Origin: Gammaproteobacteria bacterium
Lineage (GTDB): Bacteria > Pseudomonadota > Gammaproteobacteria > Arenicellales > Poriferihabitantaceae
DNA: 64,000 nucleotides
Assembly: GCA_024644945.1 (NCBI GenBank)
Contig: JAHEGU010000007.1
Coordinates: forward strand, 35,650 to 99,649
Direction: 5' to 3'
The position numbers and the translations under genes were made by a program. Position 1 is the first letter of the stretch; every line of letters begins with the position of its first letter. The notes beneath the pieces are model-generated. The model did no database searches, was not told the DNA's origin, and was given only the letters and a program-made list of their open reading frames with translations. Shown piece after piece: positions 38,518 through 48,525 of the stretch.

Positions 38518-40581
38518 TCACGTTTCCCTTAGAAGCTTCAGAACATCGCGTATGATCTCGGTCGTTTCCGTTCTGTCAGCAGGCGAAATATTATTTAAAT
38601 TTATCGAGATACGCACACCATTTTTATTCACGGTCACCTCAGGCGTACTTCCTTCGACATTTTGTTGAAAGTGGTTTACGATATAATTCCGGATCGGATT
38701 CTCGAACCCCTTCACAATTCTAGGCTGTCCTTCGACCGCAGTGATTTCATCCTGCACCAGAGAGAAGGTTTCATGTGCGATCACGATCTCTCCGGGATTG
38801 GCAACGGTTTGCAAACGGGCGGCCAGATTGACTTCGTTTCCGATTATTGTGTAGTCCATTCGGTCCTCGCTGCCAAAGTTTCCGACTGTGCAATACCCGG
38901 TATTGATGCCAATGCGAATTTGGAACGGTTTTTCAATGCCGCGACTGCGCCAGTCCTTTTGCAGCTCACCAATACGGCGTTGCATCGCAATTGACATGTT
39001 AACACATGCGATTGCATCTTCCTGAGGCCCCCGACTTTCCGGGTCGCCAAAAAAGATCATGATCGCATCGCCGATGTACTTGTCGATTGTCGCCCCATGT
39101 TCTAGCGCGATGTTTGACATTTCGGTCAGGTAATTGTTAAGCAGGCCCGTCAATTCCTCAGATTCAAGCTTGTCCGTAGTTTCTGTGAATCCGGCGATAT
39201 CCGAAAACGCAACGGTCAGCTTTTTCCGTTTACTCGCGATTTCGACGCTTTGTTCACCACGGAAGATCGACGAATAGACCTGTGGCGATAGATACTTGGC
39301 CAGTTTTACTGATAGCCCTTCGAGCATGCTGTTTTTTTGCGTGACGGCCTTGTTGGCTTCTTCTGTACGCCGCTTTTCCTCGAGCAATGCCTGTTCAGAT
39401 TGCTTTTGGTCGGTGATGTCGTTGTAAGTCGCAACCGTGCCGCCCTCGGCAGTTTTATATTCGGTTACTTCAATCCAAAAATCGTCACCATTGTGTTGCA
39501 GAAAGGCGCCTTTGGGATCGATATGCCGCGCCATACGTTCGGCAATCCAGTCGTCCTCCCGACCTTTCGCCTCGTGAATGTTGCCAGAGTAAGCAGCAGC
39601 TCTTACTACATTTATGAATGGTGTTCCCGGTTTGATTACCTCGTTTTCACCGGGATACATCAATTCCAGATAGCGCCGGTTCGACAGCACGAACCGGTCA
39701 TCCTGATCATAAAGCGAGAATCCTTCAGAGATACTTTCAATCGCGTCAATCAACCTCTGGCGCGCTTCGGCCACTTCGCGCAAATTGTGTTCTTCGACTT
39801 CTACGGCGGTATCACGAAAAACGCCCAAGGCCCTGGCCATCTCAGCAACCTCATCATCACCAATCGGCTTTGGCAGTTCGGTACGCAACTCTCCACCCGC
39901 TATGGCCAGCATGGATTCGCTGAGCGCGGTAAGCCGGGTCACGAAATATCGGTCCACAACCAGCCAAGTAAACACCAGCAACATCACCACTGTCAGACCT
40001 CCAATCACGATGCTGACAATGACAGGGCGGTTGTGAATCTCACGTTCGCGATCAACTGCGGATTGTAATTGCTTACGCAGATCCAGCGCCAAAAAGTTAA
40101 GTGCCTTGGAAAGATCAACCAATGCGGTGTCAGCAAAAATCGCGCGTTCCAGCATCGTGTCCATATCAACCTGCCCGCTTGCAAGTGCTGCCTTGGTCAG
40201 GTCCAGCTCCCGGTACAGATCACCAAATGCGGTGTCCACGGCCAGCAGGCTGTCGCTGGCGCCGATTTTCGCGTTTTCTGTTTGTCTTATGGCTCCAATG
40301 TGGACACTCAATTGTTCTAGCAGTGTGAGGATTGCACCCATGCCTTCCCCATCCGCGGTATTTGCGGACACGTAAAGAGACGGCAGTTTCTTGACCTCGA
40401 TGCGAAGTTTCGCAACCAGGTCAACGGCAGCAAAATCGTCCTCAATTGTTTGATGCGCGTCCGATATAAAGGTGACGGCTGTCTGCAACTCTCGGATAAA
40501 TACATTGACCAAGGCGATTTGCAACAAAAGCAAGCCAACCGGGACCGATATGGCCAGAAGCAGCTTGTTGCGAACGCGCAT
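38518..40581 (-). CDS. Membrane-bound class III adenylate cyclase (TM-periplasmic-TM, HAMP, PAS, cyclase)
   Basis: FSDIAGFT, DKYIGDA, MDYTIIGNEVNLAARL; HAMP DEVAEMARAL..FR; PAS AIESISEGFSLYDQDDR. Confidence 0.92.
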   Translation of the reverse strand: MRVRNKLLLAISVPVGLLLLQIALVNVFIRELQTAVTFISDAHQTIEDDFAAVDLVAKLRIEVKKLPSLYVSANTADGEGMGAILTLLEQLSVHIGAIRQTENAKIGASDSLLAVDTAFGDLYRELDLTKAALASGQVDMDTMLERAIFADTALVDLSKALNFLALDLRKQLQSAVDREREIHNRPVIVSIVIGGLTVVMLLVFTWLVVDRYFVTRLTALSESMLAIAGGELRTELPKPIGDDEVAEMARALGVFRDTAVEVEEHNLREVAEARQRLIDAIESISEGFSLYDQDDRFVLSNRRYLELMYPGENEVIKPGTPFINVVRAAAYSGNIHEAKGREDDWIAERMARHIDPKGAFLQHNGDDFWIEVTEYKTAEGGTVATYNDITDQKQSEQALLEEKRRTEEANKAVTQKNSMLEGLSVKLAKYLSPQVYSSIFRGEQSVEIASKRKKLTVAFSDIAGFTETTDKLESEELTGLLNNYLTEMSNIALEHGATIDKYIGDAIMIFFGDPESRGPQEDAIACVNMSIAMQRRIGELQKDWRSRGIEKPFQIRIGINTGYCTVGNFGSEDRMDYTIIGNEVNLAARLQTVANPGEIVIAHETFSLVQDEITAVEGQPRIVKGFENPIRNYIVNHFQQNVEGSTPEVTVNKNGVRISINLNNISPADRTETTEIIRDVLKLLRET

Positions 40582-40605
40582 TTACCTAGCCTCTTGGCGC
40601 AATGT

Positions 40606-41946
40606 CTAGATCTTTCCGGCTTGACGCCACTTTTCAAAGATCAACGTTATCGCGGTATCGGCCAGATCCATTGCCTCTTGCGCACTAGACTTTCCTGCGA
40701 CCACACTTGCAAACATCTCAGATACTATATGGTGGCTGAGAACCTCGTCCGTCGCAGCGTTGGAATAGCCGGGATAACCCAGATTTGTCAGGGTGGCCGG
40801 GACCTCCCGAAGCAAATCGTACCGGCCTGTACGACCGGGTATAGCGCTGATGATCTCATCCAATTCGGGCACCGCACCAGGAAAGCTGGGCATGTTTTGA
40901 AAGCCGCTTTTCTCCAGACCATCGCGAAAAGCCGCCACGTAATCGACCAAGAATTTTTTAGCGCCAATCATGTTCTGCGCGAACTTCCAGATTACAAAGG
41001 TGTTCGTCCCATATGCTGGTCCTGAACGCCCTGCTGGTCCTTCGGGAAGCAGCGCAAGGGCGAGGTTTGGTTCGACCAGCAATTGCTTGCTTTCAGCGGC
41101 ACGGATGATCGACATCGTGTCAATCGTCAAACTCGCTGATCCCGCCAGCAATGCCTGATTGTTGGATGGCGGTGTCCAGCTCAAAACCTCGGGCCGCATC
41201 GTTTCCTTGTAAAGGGCTTTGGCAAATTTCAACACGTCGAGCGTCTGGCCCGAGTAGAGCGAGGGTTGCCCGTCGCTGTTCTGAATCGATGATCCAAACG
41301 CCGCCATAAGCGCCCGTTGGCTGTGTTCGGCATTGTGCTCCAGGCCAAAGCTGATCCCGACTGGAGCGTCATGCAGCAGTTTTACCGCACGGCCAGCTTT
41401 GCGCAAATCGTCCCAGGTATCGGGCATTTTGCCAACAGCATCCCATATGTCCTTGCGATAGGTCACCAATGTAGGAAGGTAACTTGCGCAGAACCCGTGA
41501 AACCGTCGGGTGCGTGCGTTGAAACAGCTTTTTACTGCAAACGGATAGGCTTTACCGAACCTGTGTTCACATTCTTGAAAAATGTCACGATGGTCTATGA
41601 CATGATCTTCTAGCGAAGGCCGCGGCGACAGAAAAAGCACAATGTCGTGACCTTGCCCGGCCTTGGCTTCAGCAGCAGCAAATTTTTCAATGTCCCCCAT
41701 GCCGACATTGTCGACAACCACATCAGTATCATTTTGCCGACCCCATTCGGGGACAAAGACGTCATTGAACCACGTCTCATAGGCTGGAATGAAGTTTTTC
41801 CATCGCAATATACGAAGCGTCTTCGGGGAGGCAGCTCGTGCTGACTTTGCAAGGATTGCAGGGGCAAAACCGAAAGTTAGATACGCTGCGCCTGCCTGAA
41901 GAATACTTCGCCGCGATGCACTGCCGTTATGATTGTTGTCCAACAC
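40606..41946 (-). CDS. Extracellular solute-binding protein (family 1-like) with Tat-type signal
   Basis: SRRSILQAGAA leader ending ARA; YRKDIW, PDTWDDL, LPEGPAG; GAGGA 8 nt before GTG 41946 (ORF extends to 41973). Confidence 0.85.
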   Translation of the reverse strand: MLDNNHNGSASRRSILQAGAAYLTFGFAPAILAKSARAASPKTLRILRWKNFIPAYETWFNDVFVPEWGRQNDTDVVVDNVGMGDIEKFAAAEAKAGQGHDIVLFLSPRPSLEDHVIDHRDIFQECEHRFGKAYPFAVKSCFNARTRRFHGFCASYLPTLVTYRKDIWDAVGKMPDTWDDLRKAGRAVKLLHDAPVGISFGLEHNAEHSQRALMAAFGSSIQNSDGQPSLYSGQTLDVLKFAKALYKETMRPEVLSWTPPSNNQALLAGSASLTIDTMSIIRAAESKQLLVEPNLALALLPEGPAGRSGPAYGTNTFVIWKFAQNMIGAKKFLVDYVAAFRDGLEKSGFQNMPSFPGAVPELDEIISAIPGRTGRYDLLREVPATLTNLGYPGYSNAATDEVLSHHIVSEMFASVVAGKSSAQEAMDLADTAITLIFEKWRQAGKI

Positions 41947-42523
41947 GATCAATATCCTCATTTGACGCGACAACCGTTAATTCGGTAGGTGCTACACTAC
42001 CGAAAAGTAGCGGGCAATGTGAAGATGCTATCCGAAGATTGTGCATACTTTCAAGGTAGAGTGCAGGAAGAATAACTGATATGAGACATGTAGAGAAGTA
42101 GCGCCTGTGGTCGCTTGAATCGATATTCTGCTGCTGAGGTTCGGGTTTAGGGAACGAGCGGAAAACTGTATGGTCTGACAGTCGGGTTCAGAGACTCCAG
42201 TTTCTGCCAGCGTTCCCACATCAGCGCTTTCTGCGTATCTGAATAATAAATTCAGAGTCGATAATTCATCGTCAATATCCCCCTCTCTGCAGCTCCCATT
42301 AGATTTTGCATCGACCACTTGAATCCACTGTATTTCTCGGTCGTTTGGCTCTGATTTTTGAAGATCTGCTTACTGGAATACAGTAAAGCAGGAGGTAGAG
42401 AATGCAGCTAATACAACCTGTATTGTCAGGTGAAAACTAAACTTCTTATTCGAATTATCAGATCAGATTTCAGTTTTTACATGCAAATTTCTTAATTCAA
42501 AATTCGAAATCTAAACCTATCTG

Positions 42524-44299
42524 CTACTTCTTTTTCTTTGGCATGTATAGATCTGTGATAGTCCCTTCGAATGCCTCCGCGGCAAAACCTATGGTCTCGG
42601 CAAGGGTAGGGTGTGCGTGGATGGTCAATCCAATATCCTGTGCATCAGCATGCATTTCGATGGCAAGCGCCGCTTCGGCAATCAGATCTCCGGCATTGCT
42701 GCCTGTCACGGCAGCCCCGATCACTCGTTCGGAATCCGGGTTGAACAATAGCTTTGTGATCCCCTCACTTCGTCCTTGAGACAGGGCTCGACCACTGGCT
42801 GCCCACGGGAATGCGCCTTTTTCATACTTGATCCCTTGGGCTTTTGCCTCGGTTTCGGTCAGGCCCACCCAGGCTACTTCTGGATCGGTGTAAGCGACGG
42901 AGGGAATTACTCTGGCTTCAAACCCACTTTTAAGTCCTGCAGCCACTTCCGCCGCGACCTTGCCTTCGTGCACTGCCTTATGTGCCAGCATTGGCTGACC
43001 AACCACATCGCCGATGGCAAAAATATTCGAAACATTGGTTCGCATTTGGTTATCGACGGCTATGAACCCTTTGTCATCAACATTTACACCGGCTGCGGCA
43101 GCATTGATTTTATTTCCGTTGGGGCGACGTCCCACAGCAACCAGGACTCGATCAAAAATCGCGCTCTCTGGTGCGTCTTTGCCATCGAATTTAACGTTAA
43201 TTCCATCCTTGAGTGCTTCCATTCCCTCGACACGGGTACTGGTCCAGATATTTTCATACTGGGTCTTCATTCGTTTGAGCAAAGGTCGCACCATGTCCGG
43301 GTCAGCGCCAGCCATGATGTGGTCCAGCATTTCAACGACGCTGATCTCACTGCCTAGGGCATGATAGACCGTTGCCATTTCAAGGCCGATAATGCCGCCG
43401 CCAATGATCAGAAGTTTTTCGGGCACATCTTCGAGTTCCAGCGCCCCGGTTGAATCGATCACCCGCGGATCATCATGCGGAAAACCTGGAATGGTGACTG
43501 GCTCCGAGCCGACGGCAATCACAGCTTGTTTAAAGCCTACAGTTGTTGTGTCATCGCCTTGCGTTACCTTGACCTGGTTCGGAGCGATGAACTCACCGGT
43601 GCCGTGAATGATTGTTACCTTACGTTGTTTGGCCAGGCCTTGAAGCCCCTTGGTGAGTTGGTTTACGACCCCGTCTTTCCAAGTTCTGGTTGCATCGATA
43701 TCCAGTTCTGGTTGAGAAAACTTAACTCCAGCAGTTCCAGCTGCGGCAGCTTCTTCAATAACTTTTGCCACGTGCAACAATGCCTTGGAGGGTATGCAGC
43801 CCACATTGAGGCAGACGCCACCAATGACCTCATATCGCTCTACCAGTATCACTTTAAGACCGAGATCGGCGGCACGAAATGCAGCGGTATATCCGCCCGG
43901 GCCCGATCCAAGTACAAGTAGATCGGCCTGGTGGTCGCTTTCGGTCACCGAATCAGGAGTTGAGGGGGAAGGGTGCGTTTCAGGTCGAGAGTCCTCGGCA
44001 CCTGCCTTCTCTCTCGTGACCCCTGTTGAAGGCTTGTCTACTGACTGCGCAGGACTCGATTCGGCTTGTTCAAGAGTCATAATGATATGGCCCTCTGATA
44101 CTTCGTCGCCGACTGATACCTTTATCTCCTTGACAGTCCCGGCAGCATTGGAAGGGACCTCCATCGTTGCCTTGTCACTTTCCAGGGCGATCAAAGGATC
44201 TTCTACCGCAACCTGGTCTCCTGGACTGACAAAAATTTCAATAATGGGTACATTATCAAAGTCACCAATATCAGGTATTTTAATTTCAATGGTTTGCAT
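42524..44299 (-). CDS. lpdA: Dihydrolipoamide dehydrogenase with N-terminal lipoyl domain
   Basis: ESDKATME lipoyl site, GSGPGGY, GGVCLNVGCIPSK, HAHPT. Confidence 0.96.
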   Translation of the reverse strand: MQTIEIKIPDIGDFDNVPIIEIFVSPGDQVAVEDPLIALESDKATMEVPSNAAGTVKEIKVSVGDEVSEGHIIMTLEQAESSPAQSVDKPSTGVTREKAGAEDSRPETHPSPSTPDSVTESDHQADLLVLGSGPGGYTAAFRAADLGLKVILVERYEVIGGVCLNVGCIPSKALLHVAKVIEEAAAAGTAGVKFSQPELDIDATRTWKDGVVNQLTKGLQGLAKQRKVTIIHGTGEFIAPNQVKVTQGDDTTTVGFKQAVIAVGSEPVTIPGFPHDDPRVIDSTGALELEDVPEKLLIIGGGIIGLEMATVYHALGSEISVVEMLDHIMAGADPDMVRPLLKRMKTQYENIWTSTRVEGMEALKDGINVKFDGKDAPESAIFDRVLVAVGRRPNGNKINAAAAGVNVDDKGFIAVDNQMRTNVSNIFAIGDVVGQPMLAHKAVHEGKVAAEVAAGLKSGFEARVIPSVAYTDPEVAWVGLTETEAKAQGIKYEKGAFPWAASGRALSQGRSEGITKLLFNPDSERVIGAAVTGSNAGDLIAEAALAIEMHADAQDIGLTIHAHPTLAETIGFAAEAFEGTITDLYMPKKKK

Positions 44300-44317
44300 G
44301 ACTTTATTAATGAAGTT

Positions 44318-45634
44318 TTATAGGGCTAAACGGCGCACGTCAGCCAGTGAGCGAGACAGATAGGCGCAGAATCTAGCCGCTTCCGCACCATCAATTACCC
44401 GATGATCGTAGGACAGGCTCAGAGGCTGCATGAGGCGAGGCTGAAACTGTTCACCATCCCATAAGGGTTTGATGCGGCTGCGGGCGAGGCCCAGAATGGC
44501 CACTTCGGGTGCATTAACAATGGGGGTAAAGGCTGTACCCCCAATTCCACCAAGACTGGAAATACTGATACAGCCACCCTGCATATCCGCGGGAGACAAT
44601 TTACCCTCCCGGGCTTTTTGGCTGAGTTCGCCCATTGCAGCGGCGAGTTCTGAAATAGATTTTCTATCGACATCTTTAATGACCGGGACCACCAGGCCGT
44701 TTGGGGTGTCTACCGCAATTCCGATATTGAAGTATTTTTTCAAGATCAGGTTTTCACCATTTGGATGCAGTGAGGCATTAAAATTTGGAAAGTTCTTGAG
44801 TGCCCCAACCAGGGTTTTCATAACAAACCCGAGGAGAGTGATTCGGATTCCTTCTTTGGCTGCTTCCTCTTTAATGCTCTGCCTGAACTCTTCGAGTTCG
44901 GTGATATCTGTCTCGTCTTGATGCGTGACATGAGGAATATTGAGCCAGGCGCGCTGGAGGTGGGGACCCGATAGTTTCTTGATCCTGCTGAGAGATACGG
45001 TCTCGATCTCACCGAATTTCGTGAAGTCCACGGCAGGGATTTCTGGAATTCCAGCGCCGGCTGTGCTGGCGGCCGCGGGAGAAGAGAGCTTGTGTTTAAT
45101 CCACTTCTTTACATCTTCTTTTAAGATGCGTCCTTTGGGGCCGGAGCCATTTACCTGAGTCAGATCAGCGCCAAGCTCTCTCGCGAAACGTCTCACACCT
45201 GGGCTCGCATGAGGGGCTTCGGTGCCGGATTTTTGTACTGGGGGTGGCAGGGATGCGGGAGGCGAAGATTTTAAGTTGGGCTCTTCGGCGGCAGATCTAT
45301 CGCTGGTTTTAGTTTCCCCCGCAGAGTCGGTCGCAGGAGAGGGGGATACTGATTTTTCCGCTTCGGCCGCAGCGGCAGTTTGTGAACTCTTTTCGGCAGC
45401 TTCAAGCATCATCACCACCGACCCTTCGGATACTCTGTTGCCAACTTCAACATTAATTGAATGGATCACGCCATCCGCTGGAGACGGAATCTCCATCGTG
45501 GCTTTGTCACTCTCGAGAGTCAGGAGAGGGTCCTCTGCGGCAACCTTATCGCCGGGCGCTACCAGCACCTCGATAATTTCAACATCGGCAAAATCTCCGA
45601 TGTCTGGGATCTTTACTTCGCTTAGTTCGGGCAT
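44318..45634 (-). CDS. aceF: Pyruvate dehydrogenase E2 acetyltransferase (one lipoyl domain)
   Basis: ESDKATME, HASPGVRRFARE, DHRVIDG. Confidence 0.96.
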   Translation of the reverse strand: MPELSEVKIPDIGDFADVEIIEVLVAPGDKVAAEDPLLTLESDKATMEIPSPADGVIHSINVEVGNRVSEGSVVMMLEAAEKSSQTAAAAEAEKSVSPSPATDSAGETKTSDRSAAEEPNLKSSPPASLPPPVQKSGTEAPHASPGVRRFARELGADLTQVNGSGPKGRILKEDVKKWIKHKLSSPAAASTAGAGIPEIPAVDFTKFGEIETVSLSRIKKLSGPHLQRAWLNIPHVTHQDETDITELEEFRQSIKEEAAKEGIRITLLGFVMKTLVGALKNFPNFNASLHPNGENLILKKYFNIGIAVDTPNGLVVPVIKDVDRKSISELAAAMGELSQKAREGKLSPADMQGGCISISSLGGIGGTAFTPIVNAPEVAILGLARSRIKPLWDGEQFQPRLMQPLSLSYDHRVIDGAEAARFCAYLSRSLADVRRLAL

Positions 45635-45643
45635 CGGATTAGT

Positions 45644-48310
45644 TTATGCTTTCAGTGGATTAATTTTATCTGCGTCGATACCGTATTTTTCGATCGCCTG
45701 GTTGACTTGTTTGGCAGATACCTGTTCCTGTTCCAGCAAGGAATAGAGCGTTGCCACAACCACGTAGTGTCGGTCGACCTCGAAAAATTGCCGTAGCTTT
45801 TGTCTGGTATCACTGCGACCAAATCCATCTGTGCCGAGAACGTGATACTGATTCGGCACCCATGCTCTGATTTGATCCGCGTACAGCTTTATGTAGTCTG
45901 TTGCGGCAATCACAGGACCTTCGGTGTTTTCCAGGCACATCTGCACATAGCTCTTGCGCGGTTCCTGGTCAGGATGGAGTCGGTTATGGCGATCTGCTTC
46001 GTGCCCATCCCGCGCAAGTTCGTTAAAGCTCGTCACGCTCCAGATGTCGGTATCTATACCATGTTCGTTGCTGAGCATCTCTGCAGCGGCTTCAACTTCC
46101 CGCAAGATTGCACCACTGCCAAGAAGTTGCACTTTTATTTTATTTCCCTTAGTGCTGGTCGATTTGAGCAGATACATTCCGCGCAGAATTCCCTCTTCTG
46201 ATCCCTTCAGCATTGCAGGATGGGTGTAGTTTTCGTTCATCACAGTGATGTAGTAATAAACGCTTTCCTGCTCATCGTACATCCGCCGTAGCCCATCTTG
46301 AATAATTACCGCCAGCTCGTAGCTGTAGGTCGGATCGTAAGAGATACAGTTTGGAATTGTGCTGGACAGTATTAAGCTATGCCCATCCTGATGTTGCAAT
46401 CCTTCTCCAGCGAGAGTGGTACGACCTGACGTGCCACCTAAAATAAAACCACGTGCACGACTGTCACCAGCAGCCCAGCAAAGATCGCCCACCCGCTGAA
46501 ACCCGAACATGGAGTAAAAAATATAAAAAGGAATAGTGTGCAGATCATGGTTGCTGTAGGAAGTGGCGGCGGCAATCCAAGATGACATGGCACCGGCTTC
46601 ATTGATTCCTTCTTGTAGTACCTGGCCCTTAATATCTTCGCGATAGAACATCAGCTGATCGGCGTCTTCCGGTTCGTAGAGTTGTCCTTCAGGGGCATAA
46701 ATACCAAGCTGTCGGAACATACCTTCCATGCCAAAGGTGCGGGATTCATCCGGAATAATTGGTACAATGAAATTCTTCAGTGTCTTATCTCGAATCATCG
46801 CTGACAGGATGCGAACGAACGCCATGGTCGTGGAAATCTCCCGGTCACCGGAGCTTTCGAGCTGCCCTTTGAACAGTTCCAGGGAAGGTGCTTTGAACTG
46901 GGGCTCAGAAACATGGCGTCTGGCAGGGAGAAAACCGCCCAGGCTTTGTCGGCGTTCGAGCAGGTAGCGCGTTTCCTCGGAATCCTCAGCAGGTCTGTAG
47001 AACGGTGCCTCGGCAACTTCCTTATCCGATAATGGAATATTAAATCGGTCTCGGAACGCAAGCATGGCGTCCTCTCCCATTTTCTTTTGCTGGTGGGTAG
47101 TGTTCTGGCCTTCGCCTGCTTCACCCATGCCGTAGCCTTTAACTGTTTTAGCCAGGATAACCGTCGGCTGTCCGGTGTGCTGCGTTGCCGCCGCGTAGGC
47201 GGCAAATATCTTATGCGGATCATGGCCACCACGATTCAGGCGCCAGATATCTGCATCGGTCATGTTGGAGACCATTTCCTTTAGCTGAGGATACTTTCCA
47301 AAAAAGTTTTCCCGCACATAAGCACCATCGCGCGCTTTAAAAGCTTGATACTCCCCGTCTACCGCTTCTTCCATGCGCTGCTTCAGAAGCCCTTTGTCAT
47401 CTCTAGCCAATAGCGGATCCCAATAGGATCCCCAAATTACTTTGATTACATTCCAGCCAGCGCCACGGAAATCGCTTTCCAGTTCCTGAATTATCTTTCC
47501 ATTGCCTCTGACCGGGCCGTCAAGGCGCTGGAGGTTGCAGTTGACCACAAAAATCAGGTTATCAAGTCCTTCTCGACCGGCAACTCGGAGTGCACCCTTG
47601 GATTCGGGTTCGTCCATTTCACCGTCGCCGAGAAATGCCCAAACTTTTCGATCACCGGCATCGTGCAGTCCGCGGTTGTGCAGATACTTCATATAGCGGG
47701 CCTGATAGATTGCCATAATCGGGCCCAGTCCCATGGATACTGTGGGAAATTGCCAGAAATCGGGCATTAGCCAGGGGTGCGGGTAAGATGACAAACCGTT
47801 ACCGTCCACTTCCTGGCGGAACCGTTTCAACATCTCCGCGTCAATGCGACGTTCAACATAGGCTCGGGCATAAATACCTGGGGCGGAATGTCCCTGGACG
47901 AAAATCATATCTCCGCCGTGATTTTCGTTGGTCGCTCGCCAGAAATGATTAAAGCCGACGTCGTAAAGTGTTGCGGCTGATGCGAAGCTGGCGATATGAC
48001 CGCCAAGTTCTGACGAAATTCTGTTTGCCCGCACCACCGTAGCCATCGCATTCCAGCGAATCAAGGCCCTGATTCTCCGCTCCAGTGCATGATCCCCCGG
48101 GCTGTGCTGTTCCATGTGAAGGGGAATAGTGTTGAGATAAGCGGTATTCGGTTGGTAAGGAATATACGCGCCGGATCGTCGAGCGGTGTCGATCATGGTT
48201 TCAATCAGAAAGTGTGCCCGCTCATTCCCTTCCCGTTGAATGACTGATGTCAGGGCGTCAAGCCATTCGGCGGTTTCAGTAGGGTCAATATCGGTACGTT
48301 CGTTGTCCAT
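45644..48310 (-). CDS. aceE: Pyruvate dehydrogenase E1 (homodimeric)
   Basis: SYPHPWLMPDFWQFPTVSMGLG, GDGEMDEPE, YSMFGFQR. Confidence 0.97.
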   Translation of the reverse strand: MDNERTDIDPTETAEWLDALTSVIQREGNERAHFLIETMIDTARRSGAYIPYQPNTAYLNTIPLHMEQHSPGDHALERRIRALIRWNAMATVVRANRISSELGGHIASFASAATLYDVGFNHFWRATNENHGGDMIFVQGHSAPGIYARAYVERRIDAEMLKRFRQEVDGNGLSSYPHPWLMPDFWQFPTVSMGLGPIMAIYQARYMKYLHNRGLHDAGDRKVWAFLGDGEMDEPESKGALRVAGREGLDNLIFVVNCNLQRLDGPVRGNGKIIQELESDFRGAGWNVIKVIWGSYWDPLLARDDKGLLKQRMEEAVDGEYQAFKARDGAYVRENFFGKYPQLKEMVSNMTDADIWRLNRGGHDPHKIFAAYAAATQHTGQPTVILAKTVKGYGMGEAGEGQNTTHQQKKMGEDAMLAFRDRFNIPLSDKEVAEAPFYRPAEDSEETRYLLERRQSLGGFLPARRHVSEPQFKAPSLELFKGQLESSGDREISTTMAFVRILSAMIRDKTLKNFIVPIIPDESRTFGMEGMFRQLGIYAPEGQLYEPEDADQLMFYREDIKGQVLQEGINEAGAMSSWIAAATSYSNHDLHTIPFYIFYSMFGFQRVGDLCWAAGDSRARGFILGGTSGRTTLAGEGLQHQDGHSLILSSTIPNCISYDPTYSYELAVIIQDGLRRMYDEQESVYYYITVMNENYTHPAMLKGSEEGILRGMYLLKSTSTKGNKIKVQLLGSGAILREVEAAAEMLSNEHGIDTDIWSVTSFNELARDGHEADRHNRLHPDQEPRKSYVQMCLENTEGPVIAATDYIKLYADQIRAWVPNQYHVLGTDGFGRSDTRQKLRQFFEVDRHYVVVATLYSLLEQEQVSAKQVNQAIEKYGIDADKINPLKA

Positions 48311-48469
48311 GATTGATCAAAATACGGGGGAATAAGAATGCGTACATTATACCAACCGGATCAACAGGTTGAATGAGACATTTCTCTCATCTGTATCAAT
48401 AAATCAGGTAGGCCCGTCAGCGGTTGTTTACGGTGGTTAAATTCGTTAGAATCCGCGCTCTTTTTTTAA

Positions 48470-48520
48470 CTCCTTTCCTCACCGGATATCTCGTGCCGGG
48501 AGGATACAATCCACGAGGAG
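48470..48520 (+). promoter_or_regulatory. rpsF leader (S6:S18 autoregulatory RNA)
   Basis: CTCCTT pairs with the SD-containing GAGGAG, TCCTC pairs with GAGGA, and an unpaired CCA (CCR) precedes the SD; this is the known S6:S18 leader layout. Confidence 0.75.
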
Positions 48521-48525
48521 ACTCA

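Noticed and set aside
39337-40068. 243-aa plus-strand ORF
   Set aside because: Antisense shadow of the cyclase with no motifs; the same applies to the many other shadow ORFs over core genes
36310-42170. Loosely similar short motifs in the gaps (AAAGCCGGTCATT, GAAGCTGCCATT, GAGCGGA) suggesting cassette-boundary repeats
   Set aside because: Too short and degenerate, with no consistent palindrome and no recombinase nearby
42028-42318. 96-aa minus-strand ORF in the gap before lpdA
   Set aside because: No motif or RBS; may be eroded sequence
42366-42391. Hairpin downstream of lpdA as a terminator
   Set aside because: No U-tract on either strand and about 130 nt from the stop codon
42524-44299. 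Lipoyl domain fused to LpdA as a novelty
   Set aside because: Known architecture in several proteobacteria such as Neisseria and Cupriavidus
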